Shown here: positions 49,998-58,699 of the stretch, in pieces
How positions within the stretch are numbered: position 1 is the stretch's first letter
Layout of the letters: each line of letters starts with the position of its first letter
NCBI GenBank assembly: GCA_965197725.1
Contig: CBDANQ010000058.1
Location: 64,001-128,000, forward strand
Source of the DNA: Longimicrobiales bacterium
GTDB lineage: Bacteria > Gemmatimonadota > Gemmatimonadetes > Longimicrobiales > Gaopeijiaceae
Reading direction: 5' to 3'
DNA length: 64,000 nt
Position numbers and translations under genes: made by a program
The notes under the pieces: generated by a model
The model's input: only the letters and a program-made list of their open reading frames with translations
What the model was told of the DNA's origin: nothing
Database searches by the model: none

Positions 49998-51710
49998 TCA
50001 GCAGGTCACGCATTTGTGGTTCCTTTTGCCGCCCATCTCCTCGAGAAGCGCAACAGCCGGAAGAAATGGCGACAGCCGCTGAATGGGGCTGTTGGCCATG
50101 TCGACGGTGGTGTGTCCGCTTCTAGACATCACGGTCACGTCCGCTCCCTGATCGACCAGGTACTGGATCACTCGAGTGTCTCCCCTGGACGCGGCGTGGT
50201 GGAGCGCGGTGAATCCGTTGTGGTCCCTAACGTTCACGTCAAAACCGAATTCCTCCACGAGGTACTTGACCGCGGGCAACCAGCCTCCAGGCACGTGCCG
50301 GTGGTTGTTCCCGGCCCAGCCTTCCCCGTAGCCGGCACCCGAGGCGGCGTGCAGCGCTGTCAGCGATGGCGCACCGACCGGAACCGGCGGCAGGCCGGAG
50401 TAATCCGTACCAACATCATATGCGTACACGCCTTGGCTGTTGTAACGTACCACGGGCTTCACCGTCCGCAGCGCCGGGTCCGCTCCGTAGGACACCAGGA
50501 GCTTCATGGCCTTGACGTCAGTCGCGTACGCGGCACGCCAGAAGGGAGTCGCCCCCATCGGGTCCACCAACCGGGTTTGGCTATACTCCTCGTACCACAA
50601 CTTCTTCGTCAGCCGGACGTTAGGGTCGGCGCCCGCCTTGAGGAACGCCTCCATGTATTCCAGATACCCCACCTTCTGGTAGACGTGATCCGTGGGATGC
50701 GGATATTGTGAATTGGGGGCCCACTGCAGCTCCAGCGCACCGTAGAGCGGGGTGGACCCCGCGTCGCTGGCCAACGCCGGATCCGCGCCGCGCTCGAGCA
50801 GGAGCAGCCCCAGATCCCAGTGCCCGTTGAGCGTCGCGATCAAGAGAGGGCTGGTGTGGTCCGCGCTCACCTGATTCACGTCGGCGCCCGCCTCGAGCAG
50901 CGCCAGCGCCGATTCCACGTGGCCCTGCCGGGCTGCATGGAGGAGAGCCGTCATGCCGCCCTTGACGCCATGAAGATCCGCGAAGGTAAGGGGCCTAACC
51001 TCCTTCTCAGCATCACGGTCCTCCCGCTCATCCTGCTGACGATAATCCCTCCGGGCCGCCTTCCCGAGGCTGGCCAACATATCGTTGCGTTGTTGACGGG
51101 CCTCCGCATCCTCCCGAGCAACGGCAACGACGTCGACGATCTCGGTGGTGATCGCAGCGTCGGCTCCCCGCTCGAGCAGCACGTTCAACGACGCCCGACG
51201 ATTACGCGACGCCGCGAACATCAGCGGCGTCTGTCCCGCCACGGATTCCCGGGCATCGACGTCGGCGCCACGGTCGAGAAGGACCGCCACGGCGCCCCCG
51301 CTGCCCGAGAGACCCGCGAGGTGCAGCGGAGTCACCCCCAACGTCGATCTGGCGTTCGCGTCACTCCCGGCTTCGAGAAGCGCCCGCATCACGGGCACGT
51401 TGCCGGCCTTGCTGGCCACGTGGAGGGGCGTGTGGGCACCGTTCCGGGTCACCGCATGCAAGGCGGCCCCGGCGTAGATCAGGATCTTCGCCATCTCGGC
51501 GTCGCCCTTCATCCCCGCCCAGTGCAGCGCCGTGAGACCATCACCCTGCGCCGTGTTGACGTCGGCCCCACTACGCACGAGCGAGCGTACCGCCTCCGTG
51601 TCTCCCCGCATAGCTGCGTCGGCCACCGGCGCATCGGGACCCGTGGACGCCGACAGTAGCATCGCCACACACATGGTGCCCGCGATTTTCGAGTAGGTGC
51701 GCGTTGTCAT
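49998..51710 (-). CDS. Exported ankyrin-repeat protein with C-terminal NHxCxxC
   Basis: Signal peptide, ankyrin repeats, ends RNHKCVTC. Confidence 0.93.
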   Translation of the reverse strand: MTTRTYSKIAGTMCVAMLLSASTGPDAPVADAAMRGDTEAVRSLVRSGADVNTAQGDGLTALHWAGMKGDAEMAKILIYAGAALHAVTRNGAHTPLHVASKAGNVPVMRALLEAGSDANARSTLGVTPLHLAGLSGSGGAVAVLLDRGADVDARESVAGQTPLMFAASRNRRASLNVLLERGADAAITTEIVDVVAVAREDAEARQQRNDMLASLGKAARRDYRQQDEREDRDAEKEVRPLTFADLHGVKGGMTALLHAARQGHVESALALLEAGADVNQVSADHTSPLLIATLNGHWDLGLLLLERGADPALASDAGSTPLYGALELQWAPNSQYPHPTDHVYQKVGYLEYMEAFLKAGADPNVRLTKKLWYEEYSQTRLVDPMGATPFWRAAYATDVKAMKLLVSYGADPALRTVKPVVRYNSQGVYAYDVGTDYSGLPPVPVGAPSLTALHAASGAGYGEGWAGNNHRHVPGGWLPAVKYLVEEFGFDVNVRDHNGFTALHHAASRGDTRVIQYLVDQGADVTVMSRSGHTTVDMANSPIQRLSPFLPAVALLEEMGGKRNHKCVTC

Positions 51711-51731
51711 TTTTTCTCCCTTACCCACACG

Positions 51732-53168
51732 TCAACGTCGCGTAGCATCGTCGAGAGTTTGAGTGGCCATGCGTGTTTGGGGAACCGAGAACGAGAAGCC
51801 GCCCACGCTGTCACCGAAGCTCTTCATGTCGTCTAATCCCAATCCTTGCATCAGGCTGAGCATCACGTTCGCCATCGGCGTGCCTTCCTTCGCCTTGATG
51901 TGGACGCCGCCCTCCAGCAAGCCGTTCGCTCCCCCCACCAAGAAGAGGGGGCAGCGCCTGTGGTTGTGAACGTTGCTGTCGGACATGGGCGAACCGTACA
52001 TAATCAGGGTCTTGTCCAGGAGATTGGCATCACCCTCCATCGTGTCCTTCAGCCTGTCGAAGAGGTGCGTGAGCGTGCCGACGTGGTGCTTGTTGATCGC
52101 CGCCAGGTCCACCAGGATTTCCTCATTGTCGCCGTGGTGAGACGCCGCGTGGAACGGTCGGTCCGTCCCGCTCCCCGGGTATACGCGGTTCGAGGCGTCG
52201 CGCCCCATCTTGAACGTGAAGACCCGAGTCATGTCCGTCTCGAAGGCAACAGCCTGCAGGTCGAACATCAGCTTCACGTGCTCCTCGAAGGAGTCGGGCA
52301 CACCGGCCGGAGCTTCGGGGATCTCCCTCGCCTCGCCGCTGGTGTTGTGCTCAACGATGTTCTCGATCCGGCGCTCGATTTCGCGGACGTTCTCGAGATA
52401 TCGGTCCATTCTCTGCCGGTCGGTCACGCCCAGGGTCTTATTCAGCCCGTCCACCTCACCCTTGATCCAATCGAGGAGGCTGACGTCGGTCCGCAGGCGG
52501 GTCTCACGCTCTTCGGCGCTGGAGCCCGCTCCGAAGATCTGCTCGAAGGCGATGCGTGGATCCCGGATCATGGGAAGCGGCCGCTCGGGTGTCTCCCAAC
52601 TGATGCTATCCGTGTATATGCACGAATATCCGTACATGCATCCGCCGGACTGAGCGACGTTTTCTATGCACAGCTGCATCGACGGGATCGGCGTATCCTG
52701 TCCGAATCGGTCGGCGTAGATCTGGTCTAGCGACTTCCCTACGAAGACGTCCGAGCCCTCCGTGCGCTTCGGGTGGGACTGGGTCAGGAAGACGGAGCTG
52801 GCGCGGAAGTGGTCGCCCCCGATCTCCGGGGCAGCATACGCCTCCGCCATGCGGACGTCGGTGTCGCTAATGACGGTCAAGTAGTCCCGGTACGGCTCGA
52901 GAGGCGCCATGCTGCTGAGGCTGAGATCGAAGTCACGGCCCACACCTACCGGTTCCCACAAATGCATGTCTTTCGCCGACCTCGCGCACCCCGCGGCACC
53001 GTGAACCATCTCAATACATACCAGGCGGGTCTTGTCGAGCGCCTTCGCCGCCTCCCCCCACAGCCGTCCCGCGGGCAGCATGGCGTCGAGGAAGGGCAAC
53101 GCCACCGTAGCCCCCATGCCGCGCATAAAGGTGCGGCGGGGAATGTGCTTGCCAGTGATCAAGTGCAT
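51732..53168 (-). CDS. DUF1552 (HXXSHH) Tat-exported protein
   Basis: IPRRTFMRG..VALPFLDAM Tat signal, FHAASHH, NVHNH. Confidence 0.93.
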   Translation of the reverse strand: MHLITGKHIPRRTFMRGMGATVALPFLDAMLPAGRLWGEAAKALDKTRLVCIEMVHGAAGCARSAKDMHLWEPVGVGRDFDLSLSSMAPLEPYRDYLTVISDTDVRMAEAYAAPEIGGDHFRASSVFLTQSHPKRTEGSDVFVGKSLDQIYADRFGQDTPIPSMQLCIENVAQSGGCMYGYSCIYTDSISWETPERPLPMIRDPRIAFEQIFGAGSSAEERETRLRTDVSLLDWIKGEVDGLNKTLGVTDRQRMDRYLENVREIERRIENIVEHNTSGEAREIPEAPAGVPDSFEEHVKLMFDLQAVAFETDMTRVFTFKMGRDASNRVYPGSGTDRPFHAASHHGDNEEILVDLAAINKHHVGTLTHLFDRLKDTMEGDANLLDKTLIMYGSPMSDSNVHNHRRCPLFLVGGANGLLEGGVHIKAKEGTPMANVMLSLMQGLGLDDMKSFGDSVGGFSFSVPQTRMATQTLDDATRR

Positions 53169-53227
53169 GGTTTTCTCCCTCGTTAAGCTTTAGCCCGCTG
53201 CGGCTATTTCAACTCTTATTCGTCTTC

Positions 53228-55756
53228 CTATTCGTCTTCTTCGGAGGCCGCGACGTCCGCTCTCTGCATCCGGAACGCGTTGCTCTTCACTACACCCAGG
53301 ATCACGGACGACATGCGGTAATCCTCGGCCTCAGCATTCTTCACGATGGCCCGGATCGCCGGCTTGTCGAAGGCTTGGATCCGTCGGCCAAGGGCATACC
53401 TCATGAGGTTCTCAGTGAAGTTCCGCAGGATCTGCTCCTGAAAGCTGTCCAGAAGCGCGTCCCGCAGCTCTATCGAGCCCGTCATCTCGGTCCCGGTCCA
53501 CAGCTTACCGCGCGTATCCAACGGGTTCCCCTCGTCCCTGACGCGCCACCGCCCGGTGATGCCAAAAGATTCCAGCGTAAGACCCAGGGGATCCATGAAC
53601 TGGTGGCAGGCGTTGCACGTCGGGTCGCTGCGATGCTTCTCCATTCGCTCCCGCACCGTGAGGACTCTGCCCGCCCCCTCGTCCACCGCATCCGTCGCGT
53701 CCAGGGGCGGGATGTTCTCCGGCGGAGGCGGGGGGTCGACGCCCAGGATCGTCCTCATGACCCACAACCCTCGAAGCACCGGTGAGGTCCGGTTGGCGAA
53801 GGACGTGAGCGCGAGGATGGCTCCCTTGCCCAACAATCCGTGCCGCCTCTCGTCGACGAGTTGCACACGCCTGAATTCCGGGCCCGCCACGCCCGAGATC
53901 CCGTAGTGCCGGGCGACGCGCTCGTTGAGATAGGTGTAGTCCGCCGTGAACAAGTCTAGCACGCTCCGATCTTCCTGGACGATGCCGTAGAAGAACAGCT
54001 CGGTCTCGCGGCGCAGCCCATTTCGGAGCCGGTCATCCCACTCCGGATGCTTTCGAAGATCCGGAACCAGCCCGTTCAGGCCGTTGAGATTGAGCCACTG
54101 GGCGGCGAACCTCGTGGCGAGGGCCTCCGAGCGGGGGTCCTTCAGCATCCTCCACACCTGCCGCTCCGTCTCCTCGGGATCCGTCAGCTTCCCCTCACGG
54201 GCCAACGCCACCAACTCATCGTCCGGAGGCGTGCCCCACAGGAAGTACCCTAGGCGCGTGGCCATAGACATGTCGCTGATCGGATAGAGCTCGCCATCAT
54301 GGACCTCGCCCGGCTGCTTCACCCACCGGAAGATGAAGTGGGGGCTGGCCAGGATGCCCTGCAGGGCGACCCGGATCCCGGCCTCGAAGCCGCCGTCCCC
54401 GGCAGCCGTCTGGTAGATCGACATCAACCCTCGGAGATCATCGTCTGTGAGCGGCCTCCGGTACGCCTGGCTCCCCAGCCTGGAGATGATCTTCTCGGCG
54501 CAGGGCCGCGCTTCGCTCGGCTCGGTGGGCCGGCACGTGAAGACCCGGGCGCGGCTGGGGGTCTCGGAGACCCCCGTAACGTCGTAGGGACCGGCGATCC
54601 TAAGCTCCCCCAGGTGGGGAAGGATCGTCATCCCGCTCGAGCCAGCGATATCCGTGTCGGCCAGGCTCTGTTCGATCGCGGCGCTCACTTCCTCTATCGG
54701 TCCTTCGAACGTCTGAGGGAAGGCCGCCGACACCCGCCTGGCCCCGGCGCGGACCGGGATGGAGTCCGTCTCCACCATCACGCCGTCGACGTCCGATTCT
54801 CTCATCCAGCGGTCGATGTCCAGCAGCGCCACCCGCTCACCGTCGATCGAGATCTCGAGCTGCTGGTCCCTCGCGAGCCTGCCGAACATCTGGGTGCCTC
54901 CGTCCCAGACGAACGAGCCTCTGAAGACGTATTGGCCGTCGGCCGGAAAGTGGTGGACTACGGAGATGCCCCCGCGGGTTCCGTACGGCGCGCCCTCGGC
55001 CCGCTGCCATTGGGAGATCAACCGCGACACCGGGTACGACGCCTGCCTCGCGACCGCCCCTGGCTCGCCTACGGCTAGGCGGCTGACATGCGCAGCCGCG
55101 CGCATGTAGCCTTCCAGCAGCGTTCCGTACATGACCTGGACGTCCGCGATGTTGTCGAAGCCGTCGCTTATCGTCTCGCCCGGGAGGAGGGCTTCGGCGT
55201 CCACCTCGATCCCCAGGAGCGCGTGGATCGTGCGCTCGTACTCGGCTCGGTTCATCCTCAGGAGGAGTCGGGTGGCGACCGCCGGCTCGGCGTTGAACGC
55301 ATCATCGATGGTCCTCTCCAGCGTCTCGACCAGGGCCAGCAGGGTATCAGCACTCGGCCGGCGCCTGCCCGGAGGAGGCATCATGCCCAGCCGCAGCTTC
55401 ACGATCATCTTCTCGGCCTTCTCCGACATCTCCGGAGCCGCCTCAACCGAGAATTCCTCCAGCGACAGGTTACCCGTCATCTTCCGGTTGTCGTGGCACA
55501 CCACGCAGTACCGCTTCACCACCTCAGTGAGTGTCTCGGCCGACGGGTCGGCCGCAGGAGGGCCGTCCCACCCGGCCGTGTGGGCCATCACGGGCGATCC
55601 GGCCGCGGTGGAGGCGTTCATGTGCCCGGGAGCGCCGGCCGTCGTGAGCGTGGCCACTCGCAACCCATCCTGCTGCGGGACACCGGTCTCGCCAGTCTGA
55701 CCCACCAGCAGGAGCAGAATGCCCGATACGGCGGCACTGGCAGCGAGCGTTCTCAT
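53228..55756 (-). CDS. DUF1592-family c-type cytochrome domain protein, copy 1
   Basis: CVVCH and CNACH, RMNRAEY, GFDN, TSPVLRGLW; GAGGGGAG RBS. Confidence 0.92.
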   Translation of the reverse strand: MRTLAASAAVSGILLLLVGQTGETGVPQQDGLRVATLTTAGAPGHMNASTAAGSPVMAHTAGWDGPPAADPSAETLTEVVKRYCVVCHDNRKMTGNLSLEEFSVEAAPEMSEKAEKMIVKLRLGMMPPPGRRRPSADTLLALVETLERTIDDAFNAEPAVATRLLLRMNRAEYERTIHALLGIEVDAEALLPGETISDGFDNIADVQVMYGTLLEGYMRAAAHVSRLAVGEPGAVARQASYPVSRLISQWQRAEGAPYGTRGGISVVHHFPADGQYVFRGSFVWDGGTQMFGRLARDQQLEISIDGERVALLDIDRWMRESDVDGVMVETDSIPVRAGARRVSAAFPQTFEGPIEEVSAAIEQSLADTDIAGSSGMTILPHLGELRIAGPYDVTGVSETPSRARVFTCRPTEPSEARPCAEKIISRLGSQAYRRPLTDDDLRGLMSIYQTAAGDGGFEAGIRVALQGILASPHFIFRWVKQPGEVHDGELYPISDMSMATRLGYFLWGTPPDDELVALAREGKLTDPEETERQVWRMLKDPRSEALATRFAAQWLNLNGLNGLVPDLRKHPEWDDRLRNGLRRETELFFYGIVQEDRSVLDLFTADYTYLNERVARHYGISGVAGPEFRRVQLVDERRHGLLGKGAILALTSFANRTSPVLRGLWVMRTILGVDPPPPPENIPPLDATDAVDEGAGRVLTVRERMEKHRSDPTCNACHQFMDPLGLTLESFGITGRWRVRDEGNPLDTRGKLWTGTEMTGSIELRDALLDSFQEQILRNFTENLMRYALGRRIQAFDKPAIRAIVKNAEAEDYRMSSVILGVVKSNAFRMQRADVAASEEDE

Positions 55757-55942
55757 AACCGATCTCCCCTCATTTCTGGCCTCCTCATCACGCGCCATGC
55801 ATGATGCCGGCAAATGCGTGTGCCACCTAGCAAAGATACAGCTCAACTGGTCAGGGTTCCAGCGAGCTCATCTAAGGTGCACTGCCCCAGGCTGACGATA
55901 AATACCGTCCGCCCCCAAGCAACGCAAGTGACGGGTAGTGTC

Positions 55943-57499
55943 CTAGGACACTACTAATAAGGGCCGAAATAAGGGCCGAAATAAGGGCCGATTACCCTGA
56001 CAGCCGACTTCCCCACCCCTGTCCCTGGAGCACTCTATCGGGGATAATATTGTTCCAGCTGGCGGGTACTTCTCTAGCAGTCCGTGGAAGAAATAGGTTC
56101 CCAGCGGATGATGGGTGGGAGAGAAGGCAGACACGCGGGCGGGGGCTGTGTTGTTGTGCAAGAAGCGGGTTTTGGGGTCTGACGAGGCGATATTCGGCCC
56201 AAGGAAGGCGAAATAGCGCCGAATACGGCGGAAAAAGCGCGAGACGCGGGTTGTAACCTGAGTTGCGAGCGCAGCTTGTACGGTAGCGAGGCCCTGTAAC
56301 GCACGGGGGGTTCCAACCCCGAACCGCTTGCGCATGAGAAGGCCGAGGTTGAAGGCCGCCGCGTGGATCAACATCCGTTTTCGAATCTCCTCCTGGCCCC
56401 GTATGTGGACGCGACGCAGCCCTCCGGTCACAAGCAAGTGCGCAAACCCCCGCTCCACCTTCTCGCCGCGCTGGCGCAGCAGCCGCATCCCCCGGTTGCC
56501 GCGGATCCGGCGGCGGTTGTCGTAGGTCGGCGTCTGCGCGTCCCGGTTGTTCTTCCATTTCCGGCGCCCGCGGTTGGGCTCGCTCACATAGCTGCGCAGC
56601 TCCCGCTCCTTCACGCCCGTCATGGTCTTGTTCGAGTGGTAGCCTTTGTCGGCCACCACTTCCTCGGGCTCTACCTGCACTACTTCCAGCTGCCGCTCTG
56701 CCTCGTCCAGCGTGTTGGGCAGCGACGCCACATCTCCCCCGTCCATCGTCTGCACCGTCACCGCCACAAGCGCACCGGTCTCCATGTCGACCGCCTGCTC
56801 CAACTTGTGCGCCAGGCGCGTCCTGCCGTCCTTCATCTTCGTGATCCGCGCCTCCGGGTCGTGCGGATGCACCCAGTCCTTGTTCGAGCCCTTCTTCGGA
56901 CGCTTCCGGTCCAGCGTCGTCAGATCCTTGCGCGTCGGCGTCTCGATCCCCGACGCCCGGGCCACCTGCTCCAGCCATTCATCGTAGCCCAACCCGTCGT
57001 CGCGCCGCACGATCGTGCGCATCGCCGCATTCGCCTCCAGCGTCGTCGAGTCGACGCCCAGCGTCTTGCCGCTCAGCAACCCCGACCCCTTCAGCAGCTC
57101 CAGCACCCGCCCGAACACCGCCGCGTGCGCTTCCACGCTCAGGCGCTTGCGCGTCTTCGACAGGGTCGAATGCTCCGGCGGGTTCTTCGCCCACCCGTAT
57201 CCCAGAAACTCACGCAACGACAACGAGTCCCCACACCGCCAGGCAATGCCCCGCTCCGAGCCGATCCCTTCCAGGTAGCCCACCATCATCATTCGGAAAT
57301 ACACCCCGGGGGCAATCCCCGGCCGACCCCGATTGTCCGCGTAGCACTCACGGCATGCCTCTTCCGCGAACTCGTCAAACCCGCTTTTCGCCAGAAGCTC
57401 GTTCAAGGCCCAGTAGAACGGGTTGTCCAAGGCCCGAATCTCGCTCGCCACCACGACCATCTCGCCCTGCCGAGCCTCGGGCCGCTTGCCTACCGCCAT
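55943..57499 (-). CDS. DDE transposase copy 2 with frameshifted, read-through C-terminus
   Basis: A 4-bp insertion near 56136-56141 relative to copy 1 shifts the last ~20 codons, so the ORF reads into the flank. Confidence 0.85.
   Translation of the reverse strand: MAVGKRPEARQGEMVVVASEIRALDNPFYWALNELLAKSGFDEFAEEACRECYADNRGRPGIAPGVYFRMMMVGYLEGIGSERGIAWRCGDSLSLREFLGYGWAKNPPEHSTLSKTRKRLSVEAHAAVFGRVLELLKGSGLLSGKTLGVDSTTLEANAAMRTIVRRDDGLGYDEWLEQVARASGIETPTRKDLTTLDRKRPKKGSNKDWVHPHDPEARITKMKDGRTRLAHKLEQAVDMETGALVAVTVQTMDGGDVASLPNTLDEAERQLEVVQVEPEEVVADKGYHSNKTMTGVKERELRSYVSEPNRGRRKWKNNRDAQTPTYDNRRRIRGNRGMRLLRQRGEKVERGFAHLLVTGGLRRVHIRGQEEIRKRMLIHAAAFNLGLLMRKRFGVGTPRALQGLATVQAALATQVTTRVSRFFRRIRRYFAFLGPNIASSDPKTRFLHNNTAPARVSAFSPTHHPLGTYFFHGLLEKYPPAGTILSPIECSRDRGGEVGCQGNRPLFRPLFRPLLVVS
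55956..55991. repeat. 3 x 12-bp tandem repeat
   Basis: aataagggccga x3. Confidence 0.95.
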
Positions 57500-57576
57500 C
57501 GCCGTCCTCGCTGCAAAAACCCTCGTGTCCTCCTGATTTAACACAACAGCGATGACCGGACTTGATCCACGGTCTG
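56078..57576 (-). mobile_element. IS1182-like insertion sequence, copy 2 (1499 bp), with CTAG target duplication
   Basis: Same inverted repeats as copy 1; CTAG at 56074-56077 and 57577-57580. Confidence 0.9.
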
Positions 57577-57589
57577 CTAGGGGATGTCG

Positions 57590-57985
57590 TTACCCCCCTT
57601 CTCTCAGTCGCTCCAAGATCTTATCGAACAGCTCCCCCTGCTCCTGGTCGGTGCCGATGATGTAGGAGATGTCCTCGTATTCCTTCGGGGTGAGGTTATG
57701 TTCGTGGAAGATCTGATCGATCCGTTCATCCGCCCTCGCCCGTAGCTCCGCTCTTTGCGCGCTCTCGTGGGACTTGGACATCTCGGTGTGAAGATCCTCT
57801 CGAACCTCGGTGATCTGAAGATAGATCCTCACGGCGGTCGCGAGCTTGTCTTCTTCGATCGTGCCGGCCCCCAGCTCCCCGACTTCACTCGGTAGCCGCT
57901 GTCCCTGTACGGGTTGGGGAGCACTGAGGGCCGTCAAAGCCAGGCACACCAGAACGACCGTCAAGGGCCCTTTCCTCTTCATCAT
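57590..57985 (-). CDS. Secreted helical protein (DUF4168-like)
   Basis: GGAAGG RBS, signal peptide, IFHEHNLTPKEYEDI. Confidence 0.7.
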   Translation of the reverse strand: MMKRKGPLTVVLVCLALTALSAPQPVQGQRLPSEVGELGAGTIEEDKLATAVRIYLQITEVREDLHTEMSKSHESAQRAELRARADERIDQIFHEHNLTPKEYEDISYIIGTDQEQGELFDKILERLREGG

Positions 57986-58194
57986 GATCCAGCCTTCCTT
58001 CGGCGAGTGAGATCTCGCGCCCCCGGCAGCGGTCAAAGCCATCGTCGAAAAATGATTGATCGAGGGAGACATATTAATCTTACCGTGCCATCGCCAGCCT
58101 GTACAAGACCCGGCCCGACACCCGGCCCAGCCCGTGTGTAGCATTCCCGTTGCGCCCGAGATGTTTCGGGTGCAGGGCGATGTCCTGAAGCGGC

Positions 58195-58323
58195 TACTGC
58201 CCGGAGAGCAGGTAACTCGGCGGCTCGTACGCCCGCCAGGACCCGTGCAACGCCTCCAGGTCCGCTCCGCGTAGTTCCGGATCCGCAGATCCGCCTGCAT
58301 CTTGTCGGCCGCAGCTCGCTCAT
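58195..58323 (-). pseudogene. Internally deleted tyrosine integrase remnant
   Basis: MSELR/DKMQADLRIRNYAERT (N-terminal SAM-like domain) is joined to LEALHGSWRAYEPPSYLLSGQ* (mid-catalytic region), with frameshifts. Confidence 0.7.
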
Positions 58324-58699
58324 CGGGCTCTCTCCTGGACTGGGTCGCGTTCGACCTCGCAACCTACTCGCCCAGACCTCGGGACCTCGGCCTTATTCGG
58401 ATGACGGGAGCAAGACCGACACATTCTTCCCCTTGCCTTTCCTGGCCGCCCTCCATAGGCTTTGCATAGGCTCTGCTTGGAGCCAGCCCAGCTTCGGGGC
58501 ACCCATTCGGGCGGGCTGTAGCGCCGGTCAGCGTCTACATCAGGGCTGGGGCCGAACAGCACACAAATCGGCTGAGAGGCTTGGTGCCCGGCCACGAGAT
58601 GGACGACGCCGAAGATGGTGGCCGAGGCTTGCTGCCGCCTCTCGGGACGGCTATACATGGCCCGGTGACTGTACAGTCGACCGGGGGAGCGTAGCCCGG

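Noticed and set aside
55810..55826. Sigma-54 promoter TGGCACACGCATTTGC on the minus strand
   Set aside because: GG-to-GC spacing is 11 nt rather than the required 10.
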